A stretch of DNA of 64,000 nucleotides. Source: Geobacteraceae bacterium. Its GTDB lineage: Bacteria; Desulfobacterota; Desulfuromonadia; Desulfuromonadales; BM103. Below the pieces are notes generated by a model that was not told the DNA's origin, searched no databases, and was given only the letters and a program-made list of their open reading frames with translations. Below are positions 1 through 9,375 of this stretch, in pieces. The stretch's first letter is position 1. Each line of letters begins with the position of its first letter. Where the stretch lies: contig JAHEEU010000267.1 of assembly GCA_024640545.1 (NCBI GenBank), positions 4,223 through 68,222 of the forward strand, in the 5' to 3' direction. A program made the translations under genes and the position numbers.

Positions 1-152
1 CCGGGGTACTGCAGTCGGCAATGCCGACCGCGATCATGGCCGCGATTATCGCCAAAGAACATAATATCGTCCCCCATTTCGTAACGACGGTGGTCCTGTT
101 TACCATTCTGGCCAGCCTGGTTACCTTGCCCTTGTTCATGATTTTTTTGTAG
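1..152 (+). CDS. AEC (auxin efflux carrier) family permease, C-terminal fragment; the gene starts upstream of the window
   Basis: Frame 3 reads ...AMPTAIMAAIIAKEHNIVPHFVTTVVLFTILASLVTLPLFMIFL then a stop at 150-152. The hydrophobic TM tail resembles the C-terminus of the AEC permease at 18107-19018. Confidence 0.5.
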   Translation, partial: GVLQSAMPTAIMAAIIAKEHNIVPHFVTTVVLFTILASLVTLPLFMIFL

Positions 153-189
153 CGTTTGCCAACGGCCTCAACAGACAGGAATAACAAAC

Positions 190-978
190 ATGGAACTCGG
201 TTTGCAAAACAAGGTGGCGATCGTCACCGGGGCCAGCAAGGGGCTGGGCAGGGCGGTCGCCCAAGAGCTGGCCGCCGAAGGCGTGCACCTGGTATTGTCG
301 GCGCGCTCCCGGGAGGCTCTCGAAGAGATTGCTGATGGACTAGCAAAAAGTCACAGCATCCGGGCCCTTGCCGTGGCCGGCGACCTGAGTACCCTGGCAG
401 GGGTTGAGAGCTTCGTCCGCCAAGCACGAGAGGCATTCGGCAGGTTGGACATCCTGGTCAACGTTGCCGGTGCCATCCGCCCCGGTTCCCTGCTCTCCAA
501 GCCTGACGGAGACTGGCTGGAGGATTGGAACCTGAAACTGTTCGGCTATGTCCGCATGATGCGTGCCGTGTTCCCGATCATGCAGGCCGGGGGCGGTGGC
601 CGCATTATCAACGTTATTGGCCGTGCCGGACGGGAGGCTGACCCCGGCTACCTGGCCGGGAGTGCTGCCAATGCGGCCTTGATGAACATCACCAAGGCGG
701 TCGCTGCCGAAGGCGGCCCGCACGGCATTCTCGTCAATGGCATTAACCCCGGCCCGGCCCGCACGGAGCGCTACGCAACGATCAACGCCCACCTTGCCGC
801 AGAGTGGCAAATCTCCCCTGCCGATGTGGAAACCCGCCGCATGCAGGGCAACCCCCTGGGCCGTCCCTGCGAACCTTCTGAGGTGGCTGCCCTGACTGCC
901 TTCCTGGTGTCCGAGAGGGCGGCTTACCTCAATGGTGTTATCATCGAGATGGATGGCGGTTCCACCCGCTGCCTGTGA
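190..978 (+). CDS. Short-chain dehydrogenase/reductase (SDR) family oxidoreductase
   Basis: 262 aa. N-terminal Rossmann motif VAIVTGASKGLG and typical SDR length and layout. Confidence 0.85.
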   Translation: MELGLQNKVAIVTGASKGLGRAVAQELAAEGVHLVLSARSREALEEIADGLAKSHSIRALAVAGDLSTLAGVESFVRQAREAFGRLDILVNVAGAIRPGSLLSKPDGDWLEDWNLKLFGYVRMMRAVFPIMQAGGGGRIINVIGRAGREADPGYLAGSAANAALMNITKAVAAEGGPHGILVNGINPGPARTERYATINAHLAAEWQISPADVETRRMQGNPLGRPCEPSEVAALTAFLVSERAAYLNGVIIEMDGGSTRCL

Positions 979-1003
979 TGAACCGCAGAGAAAGGATGCA
1001 ACG

Positions 1004-1336
1004 ATGAATCACAACCGCATTGCCGACAACCAGTTTGTCCAGGTCACTCCCTTCAAAACCCGCCGCATCGTCCACACCGACAAATTGATGATGGCGGTCT
1101 GGGATTTTTCCGATGGGCCCTGGTCGACACCTGAGCCTTACCACTCTCATCCCCACGACCAGGTGGTCTACCTGTCTGAAGGGGGAGTCGATTTCTTTAT
1201 CGAGGACGAGTCTTTCCGGTTGGGTCCCGGTGATATGATCGCCGTGCCGGGCAATCGCCCGCATACGATCCGTTTGCTGACCCCGACCGTACGACTGATT
1301 GACACCTGGACACCGCTGCGCGAGGAGTTCCTGTAG
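1004..1336 (+). CDS. Small cupin-domain protein
   Basis: In-frame ATG at 1004 inside track ORF 932-1336. Cupin metal motif HSHPHDQVVYLSEG...GDMIAVPGNRPHTI. Confidence 0.7.
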   Translation: MNHNRIADNQFVQVTPFKTRRIVHTDKLMMAVWDFSDGPWSTPEPYHSHPHDQVVYLSEGGVDFFIEDESFRLGPGDMIAVPGNRPHTIRLLTPTVRLIDTWTPLREEFL

Positions 1337-1626
1337 CTTTTGCGAGATGTTTAGGCAACAGGAAAAGAACGCCCGGTGGCGCGGATCGACCTGGTCCCGC
1401 AAGCGTTCGGCCAGGAAAAAATGCTTTGCTTCCTTTGTCGTCGTGGTTCCCTCGGTTCGCCTGTTACAGGTCTTTACGCAGGCGAATCTACCAACAGCGG
1501 AGTCCTGGCATTTTTTGGGGAATCGGGTACTCTGTATGTTTAGAGGAAAATTCTATTATAGCAAGCATGTTTTGGGCATGGCCATTGGCCCTCTCACAAG
1601 GATAGAACATTGATTGATTTTACCGC

Positions 1627-1656
1627 TTGACAAGCCCAATGTATGGCATGTACTAT
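1627..1656 (+). promoter_or_regulatory. Candidate sigma-70 promoter of the TRAP operon (TTGACA-18 nt-TACTAT)
   Basis: TTGACA at 1627-1632 and TACTAT at 1651-1656, about 135 nt upstream of dctP. Hexamer match only. Confidence 0.35.
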
Positions 1657-1670
1657 CATAGAGTATTGGC

Positions 1671-1687
1671 ATCCTATTGAATAGGAT
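1671..1687. promoter_or_regulatory. Perfect 8+1+8 palindrome ATCCTATT-G-AATAGGAT; candidate operator just downstream of the putative TRAP promoter
   Basis: Checked by reverse-complementing the string: the arms are identical and only the central base differs. Confidence 0.35.
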
Positions 1688-1791
1688 TCGTTCTTTTCCA
1701 TGCATAACCATGATGTCCTTGGCGGCTTCTTGGTTGTGTAGCTTATAAATCAGCCCGTAGTTGCTATTAACCCAACAAAGGAGGATTCCCA

Positions 1792-2784
1792 ATGAGAAGA
1801 TCAATCACACGTCGTATCCTGCTGGCCTTGACAGCTGCCATTGTCGTGACGGCAATGACCAGTGTCGCCTTCGCTGCGGACAAGGTTGTCCTGCGCCTGT
1901 CATCAGTCAACTCTGCAACCGATGCCCGCGCGGTTGCCCTGGACACCGTTTTCGGCCCGGCAATAGCTGATTTCGCAACCTTCGAACCGCACTGGAACGG
2001 AACGCTGTTCAAGCAGGGCACCGAACTTGAAGCAATTGCCCGTGGCAACCTGGACATGTCGATCACGTCGGCTCAGGAACTGGCTGAGTTCATCCCGGAA
2101 TTCTCGATTTTTTCAGCCGGCTACCTGCACCGCGATGCGGCCCACCAGGTTAGCGTGTTCAATAACGACCTGATGAAACCGTTCAAAGCTCAGGTCGAAG
2201 AAAAACTGGGCGTCAAGCTGCTGACCGTCATTTACCTCGGCCGCCGCCAGCTCAATCTGCGCACTGACAAGCACATCGAAACCCCTGAAGATCTGGCCGG
2301 TGTAAAGTTGCGTATGCCGGGCTCCGCCGCCTGGCAGTTCCTCGGCAAGGCCCTGGGCGCCAACCCGACCCCGATGGCTTTCACCGAGGTGTACACCGCG
2401 CTGCAGACCGGCGCCATCGATGGCCAGGACAACCCGCTGCCGACCGACAAGGACGCCAAGTTCTACGAAGTCACCAAACAGATCGTTCTGACCAGCCATC
2501 TGGTCGACCTCAACTACCTGGCGATCAGCAAGAAGAAGTTTGACAGCCTGACTCCCGACCAGCAAGCGAAGCTGTATAAAGCCGCTGATGATGCCTCTGA
2601 ATGGGGGCGTCAGCGCCAGCTCAAGCTGGAAGACGAATTGGCCCAGTTCTTCAAAGACAAAGGCCTGAAGGTTTATACACCGAATGTCGATGCATTCCGC
2701 ACGCGTGTCCAGAAAATGTACCTGGAGTCAGAGTATTCCAAGACCTGGCCGAAGGGGCTGGTGGAAAAGATCAACGCACTGTAA
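1792..2784 (+). CDS. TRAP transporter substrate-binding protein (DctP family)
   Basis: 330 aa. AGGAGG RBS, signal peptide, DctP-like body, followed by DctQ and DctM genes. Confidence 0.9.
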   Translation: MRRSITRRILLALTAAIVVTAMTSVAFAADKVVLRLSSVNSATDARAVALDTVFGPAIADFATFEPHWNGTLFKQGTELEAIARGNLDMSITSAQELAEFIPEFSIFSAGYLHRDAAHQVSVFNNDLMKPFKAQVEEKLGVKLLTVIYLGRRQLNLRTDKHIETPEDLAGVKLRMPGSAAWQFLGKALGANPTPMAFTEVYTALQTGAIDGQDNPLPTDKDAKFYEVTKQIVLTSHLVDLNYLAISKKKFDSLTPDQQAKLYKAADDASEWGRQRQLKLEDELAQFFKDKGLKVYTPNVDAFRTRVQKMYLESEYSKTWPKGLVEKINAL

Positions 2785-2858
2785 TCAACTCGCATCAGCC
2801 AGCACCATTTAGCAGGACAAACTGAAGGATTGGGTTTGTTGCCGGTAGGTGATTAGAT

Positions 2859-2901
2859 GGGTGTGGCTAGGTAAGTAACTACCAGCCACACCCAATTTTT
2901 T
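2859..2901 (+). terminator. Intercistronic rho-independent terminator/attenuator between dctP and dctQ
   Basis: GGGTGTGGCTAGGTA / TACCAGCCACACCC stem (14 bp, one bulge), followed by AATTTTTT. Confidence 0.6.
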
Positions 2902-2923
2902 ATCTGCTCTTGAGGATTGCCCC

Positions 2924-3427
2924 ATGCGAGTTTCAAAAAAATTGCTTCAGGACCGAGCGGATGATGTCGGCATCGCCCTGTTGTCAATCATGTTTTTGAC
3001 TTTTATCGTGCAAATTACCTGGCGCTACGTTCTTAACCATCCCCTGGGCTGGACGGTTGAGCTATGCGTGACAATGTGGTTGTGGGTGGTCTTCTGGGGC
3101 TCGGCTTTCTGCCTGCGTTATGATGAACACGTGCGGTTCGACATGCTCTACCTGATGGTACGGCCCAAGATACAGCGTGTGTTTGCCGGCATCAGTGCTC
3201 TTGCTATCTTGGTCGGCATGAGCGCCTCGTGGCATGGCACCTATGACTTCGTGAGCTTCCTGATGATCAAGAAAAGCCCGGCCATGAGGATTCCGCTGGC
3301 CTATCTGTTCAGTATCTACCTGCTGTTCATCATTGCTACAATCATCAACTATGCCTGGCGCTTGAAGAAAATCTTTGCCGGCGAAAACTACGACGAGACT
3401 GCAGAGACCGGGAGATTAGAAGAATGA
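2924..3427 (+). CDS. TRAP transporter small permease (DctQ family)
   Basis: 167 aa, about 4 hydrophobic segments. Its stop overlaps the DctM start (ATGA). Confidence 0.85.
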   Translation: MRVSKKLLQDRADDVGIALLSIMFLTFIVQITWRYVLNHPLGWTVELCVTMWLWVVFWGSAFCLRYDEHVRFDMLYLMVRPKIQRVFAGISALAILVGMSASWHGTYDFVSFLMIKKSPAMRIPLAYLFSIYLLFIIATIINYAWRLKKIFAGENYDETAETGRLEE

Positions 3428-4722
3428 GCTTCGCATTCGGACTCTGCCTGATTGTGCTGTTCGGTCTGGCGGCGATCGGTACGCCGGTCGGTTATTCGAT
3501 CATCGTCGGCTCCGTGGCCTACCTGGCCGCTTCCGGGCAGGATCTTGGTCTTGCCGGAGAGCAGATCATCAACGGTCTTTTTGACAGCTTCGTCCTGTTG
3601 GCTGTGCCGCTGTTCATTGTTGCCGCTAATATCATGAATGCCGGTACCATCAGCGAACGCCTGCTGGCCTTCTGTGTGGCCGTCGTCGGACGCTTCAAGG
3701 GAGGGCTGGGGCATGTCAACATCGTGGCGAGCCTGATCTTCTCGGGGATGTCCGGCTCGGCGGTGGCCGATGCGGCCGGGATCGGCAAGATCATCATCGA
3801 CATGATGACCAAGGCAGGCCGTTATCCCGGGGGCTACGCTGCGGCGGTCACCGCGGCATCGGCCACCATCGGACCGGTTATCCCGCCGTCGATCCCCATG
3901 GTCATGTACGCACTGGTTTCGGATGCCTCAATTGGCTACCTGTTCCTTGGCGGCATCCTGCCCGGCCTGCTGATGGGGGGCGTGCTGATGATAATGAATG
4001 CCTACATTTCGCACCGTCGCGGCTATGGCAGCGATGAAGTTGTCCCCTTGCGCGAGGTCCCCAGGCGCACGATCACGGCCTTCCCGGCGCTGATGATGCC
4101 GGTCATCCTGCTTTATGGGATCTATGGCGGCGCAACAACACCAACCGAAGCCGCCGCCGTTGCAGCCGCATATGCTTTTGTTTTAGCAGCCGTGTTCTAC
4201 CGTGCCCTGACGTTTAAGAACATTCGCGAAGTCATGCTCACCAGTTTGAAATCTTCGGCCTCGGTCGGCCTGGTCATCGGTGGCGCACTGATTCTCAACT
4301 ACGTTGTCGCCACAGAAAACATCCCCAAGGCGCTCGCCCTGGTCCTCCAAGGGATGGAAATCTCACCGCTGATTTTCATCTTTGGTGTCAATCTCCTGCT
4401 ACTGGCGCTCGGCTGTGTCCTCGATGCGACGACCATCATCCTGGTCATCGTCCCGCTGTTCATGGAAGCGTGCAAGGTCCTGGGGATCGACCTGGTGCAC
4501 TTTGGGGTCATCGTGGTCGTCAACTGCATGATCGGCCTGATCACCCCGCCCTACGGCATCCTGCTGTTCGTCATCAACGGGACGACCGGGATCAAGCTTT
4601 CGGCCATGATCAAGGAAGTCTGGCCGTTCCTGATTGTGCTGCTGATTGCGCTGGGGTGCCTTATCGTTTTTCCGGAAATCGTGCTGTGGCTTCCCCAAAA
4701 ATTCGGCTATGCCGGCAATTAG
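3424..4722 (+). CDS. TRAP transporter large permease (DctM family)
   Basis: 432 aa polytopic membrane protein, translationally coupled to DctQ. Confidence 0.9.
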   Translation: MSFAFGLCLIVLFGLAAIGTPVGYSIIVGSVAYLAASGQDLGLAGEQIINGLFDSFVLLAVPLFIVAANIMNAGTISERLLAFCVAVVGRFKGGLGHVNIVASLIFSGMSGSAVADAAGIGKIIIDMMTKAGRYPGGYAAAVTAASATIGPVIPPSIPMVMYALVSDASIGYLFLGGILPGLLMGGVLMIMNAYISHRRGYGSDEVVPLREVPRRTITAFPALMMPVILLYGIYGGATTPTEAAAVAAAYAFVLAAVFYRALTFKNIREVMLTSLKSSASVGLVIGGALILNYVVATENIPKALALVLQGMEISPLIFIFGVNLLLLALGCVLDATTIILVIVPLFMEACKVLGIDLVHFGVIVVVNCMIGLITPPYGILLFVINGTTGIKLSAMIKEVWPFLIVLLIALGCLIVFPEIVLWLPQKFGYAGN

Positions 4723-4828
4723 CATGAACGCAGCCAAAAGACGGGCGTGGTGAGCAAAGCGTGGTTTGGCCCTCTGTACCCATGCTTTTGCAGGTCACCG
4801 GCTTCGATCAGCCGGAGGAGTCAATGCT

Positions 4829-5758
4829 GTGATTGATGTGGTCTGCATTGCCAGTTGGAACGTCGATCTGATCGTGAACCTGGATCGGCCGCCGGTGCGC
4901 GGCGAGACGCTGATGGCCGGCGCCTTTGACATGCTGCCGGGCGGCAAGGGCTCCAATGCAGCGGTGGCCTGTGCCCGTCAAGGGGCAAGAACCGCTGTCG
5001 TTTCTCGTATTGGCCAGGACGGCTTCGGGGACATGGCCCTGCAGCTCTGGAGCCAGGAAGGTATCGACACCACGCATATCGTGCGCGCTGTTGGCGAGCG
5101 CAGCGGCGTGGCGCAAATCTGGGTTTATGCCGATGGGGACAACAGCATTGCCGTCGCCCCCGGCGCCGGCCTGGGCCTGAGTGCCGCGCATATCGAAGCC
5201 GCCCGCGAGCAGATCGCCAACGCCAAAGTCATCATGGCCTCGAACGAAGTGCCGCTCGAGGCGACACAGGCCGCCTTCGCAATCGCCCGTCAATATGGCG
5301 TCACGACCCTGCTTAACCCGGCTCCGGCACAAATCCTTCCTCCCGGGCTGCTCTTGCTGTGCGATATCCTGACTCCCAACGAATCTGAAGCGCTGGCGCT
5401 GGCCGGGCTGTCGTCGGAGGCCCCGATCCATGAAGCGGTCGTTGCCCTGCAGCAGCTGGGTGCACTTCACATTATTGTCACCATGGGCAGACATGGCTGC
5501 CAGTATTATCAGCGTGACATGGCTGGCGTCCATATACCCGGCTGGCCGGTCGACGATGTTCTTGATACCGTCGGTGCCGGGGACACCTTTACCGGGACCT
5601 TGGCCGCAGCCCTGGCCCGGGGGGATGACATGACCCGGGCCGTCCAGTTGGCCAATGCTGCTGCGGCATTGTCCGTGCGCGGTCGGGGCGCGATCGGCAG
5701 CATGCCGACCCTTGAGGCCACCAGGCGCTGGCTCGACCAGAACTCACCCGCCTCATAA
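4829..5758 (+). CDS. PfkB/ribokinase-family sugar kinase
   Basis: GTG start at 4829 preceded by GGAGGAG. Motifs GGKGSNAA and DTVGAGDTF match ribokinase-type kinases. The track ORF begins earlier, at 4766. Confidence 0.8.
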   Translation: MIDVVCIASWNVDLIVNLDRPPVRGETLMAGAFDMLPGGKGSNAAVACARQGARTAVVSRIGQDGFGDMALQLWSQEGIDTTHIVRAVGERSGVAQIWVYADGDNSIAVAPGAGLGLSAAHIEAAREQIANAKVIMASNEVPLEATQAAFAIARQYGVTTLLNPAPAQILPPGLLLLCDILTPNESEALALAGLSSEAPIHEAVVALQQLGALHIIVTMGRHGCQYYQRDMAGVHIPGWPVDDVLDTVGAGDTFTGTLAAALARGDDMTRAVQLANAAAALSVRGRGAIGSMPTLEATRRWLDQNSPAS

Positions 5759-5864
5759 GTGTCCTGTTGAAACAGGCCAAGCTGAATGGAAACTTGGGCG
5801 CTAAAAAAATCTTGTGATTGGTTAAGAACCGAAACATTACGGAGCTATAATCGAATAGAAGTTC

Positions 5865-6004
5865 GAGGCAAAAGGCCTGTTTAACGCAAAGACGCCGAGA
5901 ACAAAGAAAGTCGCAAAGATTTTTTTCTTAAAATATATAGAGTGCTTTTCTTTGCGTCTTGAATGACCTTTTAGCGTATTTGCGTTAAAAAATGTGTTTT
6001 TGAT
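5865..6004 (+). repeat. Palindromic intergenic repeat, copy A (TAACGCAAAGACGC...GCGTTAA family)
   Basis: The first 35 nt, GAGGCAAAAGGCCTGTTTAACGCAAAGACGCCGAG, are identical to 26553-26587. The shared 3' end is GTTAAAAAATGTGT.TTTGAT. Internal inverted repeats: TTAACGCAAAGACG/CGTATTTGCGTTAA and AAGTCGCAAAGA/TCTTTGCGTCTT. Confidence 0.8.
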
Positions 6005-6136
6005 CTTGGTCTTCACATTTTGCGGTTAACCTTTGTTTTGGTTATAAGTCCATCGTTTTACATATAGGCCTGAGAAGTCACCCAGATCAGCGGAGATTGC
6101 CGGAGCCGCAAGTAAATTGACCCCGGGACGGCTGAC

Positions 6137-6952
6137 ATGCAAAGACAATTTTCACTGGGATATCTGACCACACCGGCATGCGCTCCGCCGGAAATGATCT
6201 ACCTGGCGGCGCGGGCGGGATATGACTATGTCAGTCTGCGGACCATTGCCATGGGGCTCCCCGGTGAACCAAACTTCGGTCTGGCCGGCAACCGCGCTCT
6301 GCTGCGCAACACCAGAATGGCCCTGAACGACACCGGAGTGAAACTGCTGGATATCGAAAATGCTCGGATTCATGATGGTGTCGATTTCGAGAAATACCTG
6401 CCGGAACTGGAAATCGCTGCGGGGCTCGGCGCACGGGCGGTCTTGACCAACATCTGGTCAAATGACCGTAGCTATGTGGTTGACCGGTTCATCGAGCTCT
6501 GCGGCCATGCCAGAAGCTTCAACCTGAAAGTCAGCCTGGAATTCGTCACCTGGGCCAAGATTGCCGCCATCCAGGATGCTGTTGAATTGATTCGTGAGTC
6601 GGGTGCCGACAATGCAGGTGTCGTGATTGATTTGCTTCATTTCAGTCGCTCGCGTTGCACCGTTGATGAGTTGGCAGCACTGCCGCCGGAGTTGATTGCC
6701 GGCATCCAAATATGCGATGCGCCGGCGGCGATACCGACCACTGTGGAAGGGCTGATTCATAACGGCCGGGCGGAACGCTGGTACCCGGGCGACGGCGGTA
6801 TTGATATCGCCGGGGTTGTCAGTAATGCCCCGAACGTCGTGTACGGCATTGAAATTCCCAACCTCGAGCGTGCCAGGGTGATCGGCAATGCGGAGCATGT
6901 CTTCCAATGCCTGGAAAAAACCAGGCAGTACTTTAGCGATCACGCCCTTTGA
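6137..6952 (+). CDS. Sugar phosphate isomerase/epimerase (xylose isomerase-like TIM barrel)
   Basis: 271 aa. General AP-endonuclease-2/xylose-isomerase-like TIM-barrel pattern (family-level recognition only). Confidence 0.7.
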   Translation: MQRQFSLGYLTTPACAPPEMIYLAARAGYDYVSLRTIAMGLPGEPNFGLAGNRALLRNTRMALNDTGVKLLDIENARIHDGVDFEKYLPELEIAAGLGARAVLTNIWSNDRSYVVDRFIELCGHARSFNLKVSLEFVTWAKIAAIQDAVELIRESGADNAGVVIDLLHFSRSRCTVDELAALPPELIAGIQICDAPAAIPTTVEGLIHNGRAERWYPGDGGIDIAGVVSNAPNVVYGIEIPNLERARVIGNAEHVFQCLEKTRQYFSDHAL

Positions 6953-7025
6953 CGAAAATGTTTCCGGCTGACCCGGTGGATTTTGTCATTCTGTTGATGT
7001 AAGCCGATGTTCAAGGAGATAAGCA

Positions 7026-7766
7026 GTGGAGAAAAATCTGTCCGGACAAACGGCCGTGGTGACCGGCGGTGCGCGCGGCATCGGCCTGGGGATTGCCAGG
7101 GAACTGGACCGCCGCGGCTGCCGGGTGGCCTTGTGGGACCTGGCCTTCGAATTGTTCAATCCCGAAACCGCAGGGTTTGAGCCCGCCCTGCTGCAGAAAG
7201 TCAATATTGCCGACTGGGACAGCGTGCAGCAGGCCTATGCCGAAAGCGTCAAGGTCCTTGGCCACGTTGACATTTTTGTCAACAACGCCGGCATCAACGG
7301 CCCGGTGGTCGACACCTGGGAATACCCGTTGGAGGCCTGGGACAAGGTTCTGGCTGTCAACCTCACCGGCGTCTTCTACTGCACGCGAACGGTTGTTCCG
7401 GACATGCGAGCCCGCAAGACCGGACGCATCATCAATATCGCCTCGATGGCCGGTAAGGAAGGTAACCCGGGAATCTGCGCCTATGCGGCCGCCAAGGGAG
7501 GTCTGATCGCCTTTACCAAGGGGATCGCCCGCGAACTGGCCGGCAGTGGCGTGTTCGTCAATGCCGTCGCCCCGGCCATGACCGAGACCGAATTGTTCAA
7601 GCAGATGACCCCGGAACATATCAAGACCATGACCGCCAAGATACCGATGGGGCGTGCCGTGCAGATCGAGGATGTTGCAAAACTGGTCGCCTGGGTCGCC
7701 AGCCCCGACTGCAGCTTCACCACCGGCTTCACTTTCGATGTTTCAGGTGGTCGAGCTGTTTATTGA
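7026..7766 (+). CDS. SDR family oxidoreductase (FabG-like)
   Basis: GTG start with AAGGAG RBS. TGGARGIG cofactor motif and a YAAAK catalytic motif. Confidence 0.85.
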   Translation: MEKNLSGQTAVVTGGARGIGLGIARELDRRGCRVALWDLAFELFNPETAGFEPALLQKVNIADWDSVQQAYAESVKVLGHVDIFVNNAGINGPVVDTWEYPLEAWDKVLAVNLTGVFYCTRTVVPDMRARKTGRIINIASMAGKEGNPGICAYAAAKGGLIAFTKGIARELAGSGVFVNAVAPAMTETELFKQMTPEHIKTMTAKIPMGRAVQIEDVAKLVAWVASPDCSFTTGFTFDVSGGRAVY

Positions 7767-7788
7767 GCTTTGACCGGTCGCGGGTCGG

Positions 7789-9375
7789 TTATGCGACCCC
7801 GCACAAAGAGACCTCAATCCCCAGTGCCTGGGCAAGAGCGGCCCTGGCTCGCATCGCCCGGTCGGCGTCTGCCGCTGAGTGCGCATAGGCGACCTGGATG
7901 TGGTTGGCCTTGTGCCGGGCCATCATCCTGTCGCGGCTCACACCCCTTAACACAGTATGCATGATCGGCCATTCGGGGCTGGTCGCCTGCGAACGGCGTT
8001 CAGCCTCCTCCGGCGGGAGTTCCACCGCCGCGCCGCGCCCCAGGTCCATCTTCAGGCGGGCATCCTCGACGTAGATACGGCTCCAGACGATTTCACCGGG
8101 GCGGGCGTAACCCTTGAGCGTGCCGCCGCCCGCGGGGAAGTACATGGGCGGCTGGCGATAACTTTCCGAGCCGGCCCAGCCGTTGCGGTGGTGGGCCGGA
8201 GGGGCCGCCCCGGAAATTTCAAACACCCAGACGAAATCGTCGTGGCTGCCGGACCGGTCGATATCTCCCCAGCGAATGTCATGCAGGGTGTTTTCGACCG
8301 GTTGGCCGAGAGCCCGGTGCACGCGGTTGGTCAGGATACCATCGAGCCCGGCGCATTCGTCGACCTCGTTGAAGTGGACGATGGCCTGTCCGGGACGGAT
8401 GGGCGTGCCATCGGCACGGCAGACATCGGGTCGGTCATCGTTGTTAAGCATGCCTTCGACCAGATCCGACGCCGGCAAAAGGTCCTTCAGGCCCTGCTGG
8501 TACTGGATGCCGATCGCCTCGCAGCCGAATTCGTCGGCTATCCGTACCGCGGCGATATACATGCGGCACTGGTCGATGATCTGCTCTTCGGTCAGTTCCG
8601 TTGCCGGATCGCTGCCGAGATGGAAGGTCATGCCCTTGGCCCGCAGCCACTGATACACGGCTCGCCCTTCATCGACCGCCACCTGGCGCGTGGCGAAGTA
8701 GAGGGCCGACTGGGACAGGCGTTCCTTGAATATGCCCATGGGCATCAGCAGTTCATCCGGGATGATGGCGTTGTACATGCCCATGCACCCCTCGTCGAAG
8801 ATTCCGAGGATGATCTTCCTGCGGCGGATTTCCTTGGCAATGCCGTTGACGAGCTCGAGATCTGCACAGGTGCCCGGGTCGAATGCCGCCACATGATTCA
8901 TGTCGTGACTGATTGTGCCGGTCTCCAGCCACTGGCGAAGGCCCGAAAGGAAAAAGTCGTCCTCGAAGTCTTCACTCCAGAGCGTGGCATACTTCACGCC
9001 GGCCTTGGTCAGGCAGCCGTTCAGGTTCAAGGTCCCGACCAGGCCGGGCCATTGACCCGACCAGTTGGCCAGCGTCAGGATGGGACCACGGTGCGAGGTC
9101 AGGCCGGGCAGTACGTGGTGCGAGTACTGCCAGACGGCTTCGGCGATGATAATCGGCATGTCGGGGTCGATCCCGGCGAAGACATCCATGCCCTCCCGCT
9201 GGCTGGAGATAAAGCCGTGCCCGGCCGGCTTGACGGGGTGCGCCCGCCAGATCTCATGGCCGAGCCGGCGCAGAACCCGGCCCAGTTTTTCTTCCATAGC
9301 CGCCTGAGCAGACCAGCAGACAGTGTTGGCGCTTTCACGCAGGTCTCCGGAGGCGACAAGAGCGATACGGGTCAT
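7789..9375 (-). CDS. L-fucose/L-arabinose isomerase family protein (FucI-like)
   Basis: 528 aa. N-terminus [15 protein letters not shown] and internal [11 protein letters not shown] / NEVDE blocks typical of the FucI superfamily. Coupled by an ATGA overlap to the upstream FGGY kinase. Confidence 0.7.
   Translation of the reverse strand: MTRIALVASGDLRESANTVCWSAQAAMEEKLGRVLRRLGHEIWRAHPVKPAGHGFISSQREGMDVFAGIDPDMPIIIAEAVWQYSHHVLPGLTSHRGPILTLANWSGQWPGLVGTLNLNGCLTKAGVKYATLWSEDFEDDFFLSGLRQWLETGTISHDMNHVAAFDPGTCADLELVNGIAKEIRRRKIILGIFDEGCMGMYNAIIPDELLMPMGIFKERLSQSALYFATRQVAVDEGRAVYQWLRAKGMTFHLGSDPATELTEEQIIDQCRMYIAAVRIADEFGCEAIGIQYQQGLKDLLPASDLVEGMLNNDDRPDVCRADGTPIRPGQAIVHFNEVDECAGLDGILTNRVHRALGQPVENTLHDIRWGDIDRSGSHDDFVWVFEISGAAPPAHHRNGWAGSESYRQPPMYFPAGGGTLKGYARPGEIVWSRIYVEDARLKMDLGRGAAVELPPEEAERRSQATSPEWPIMHTVLRGVSRDRMMARHKANHIQVAYAHSAADADRAMRARAALAQALGIEVSLCGVA

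Noticed and set aside
1667-1682. TGGCAT-N-TTGAA resembling a sigma-54 -24/-12 promoter upstream of the TRAP operon
   Set aside because: The GG-to-GC spacing is one nt short and the -12 element lacks the GC dinucleotide. The sequence is better explained as part of the ATCCTATTGAATAGGAT palindrome.
5881-5900. ACGCAAAG strings in the repeats resemble the conserved ACGCAAAGC core of GEMM-I cyclic-dinucleotide riboswitches
   Set aside because: The rest of the GEMM architecture is absent: there is no GGCAAACC-hairpin-GGGACGCAAAGCC arrangement and no P2 with a tetraloop receptor. The motif also occurs on both arms of a DNA palindrome and in both orientations, so it is a repeat element rather than a riboswitch.
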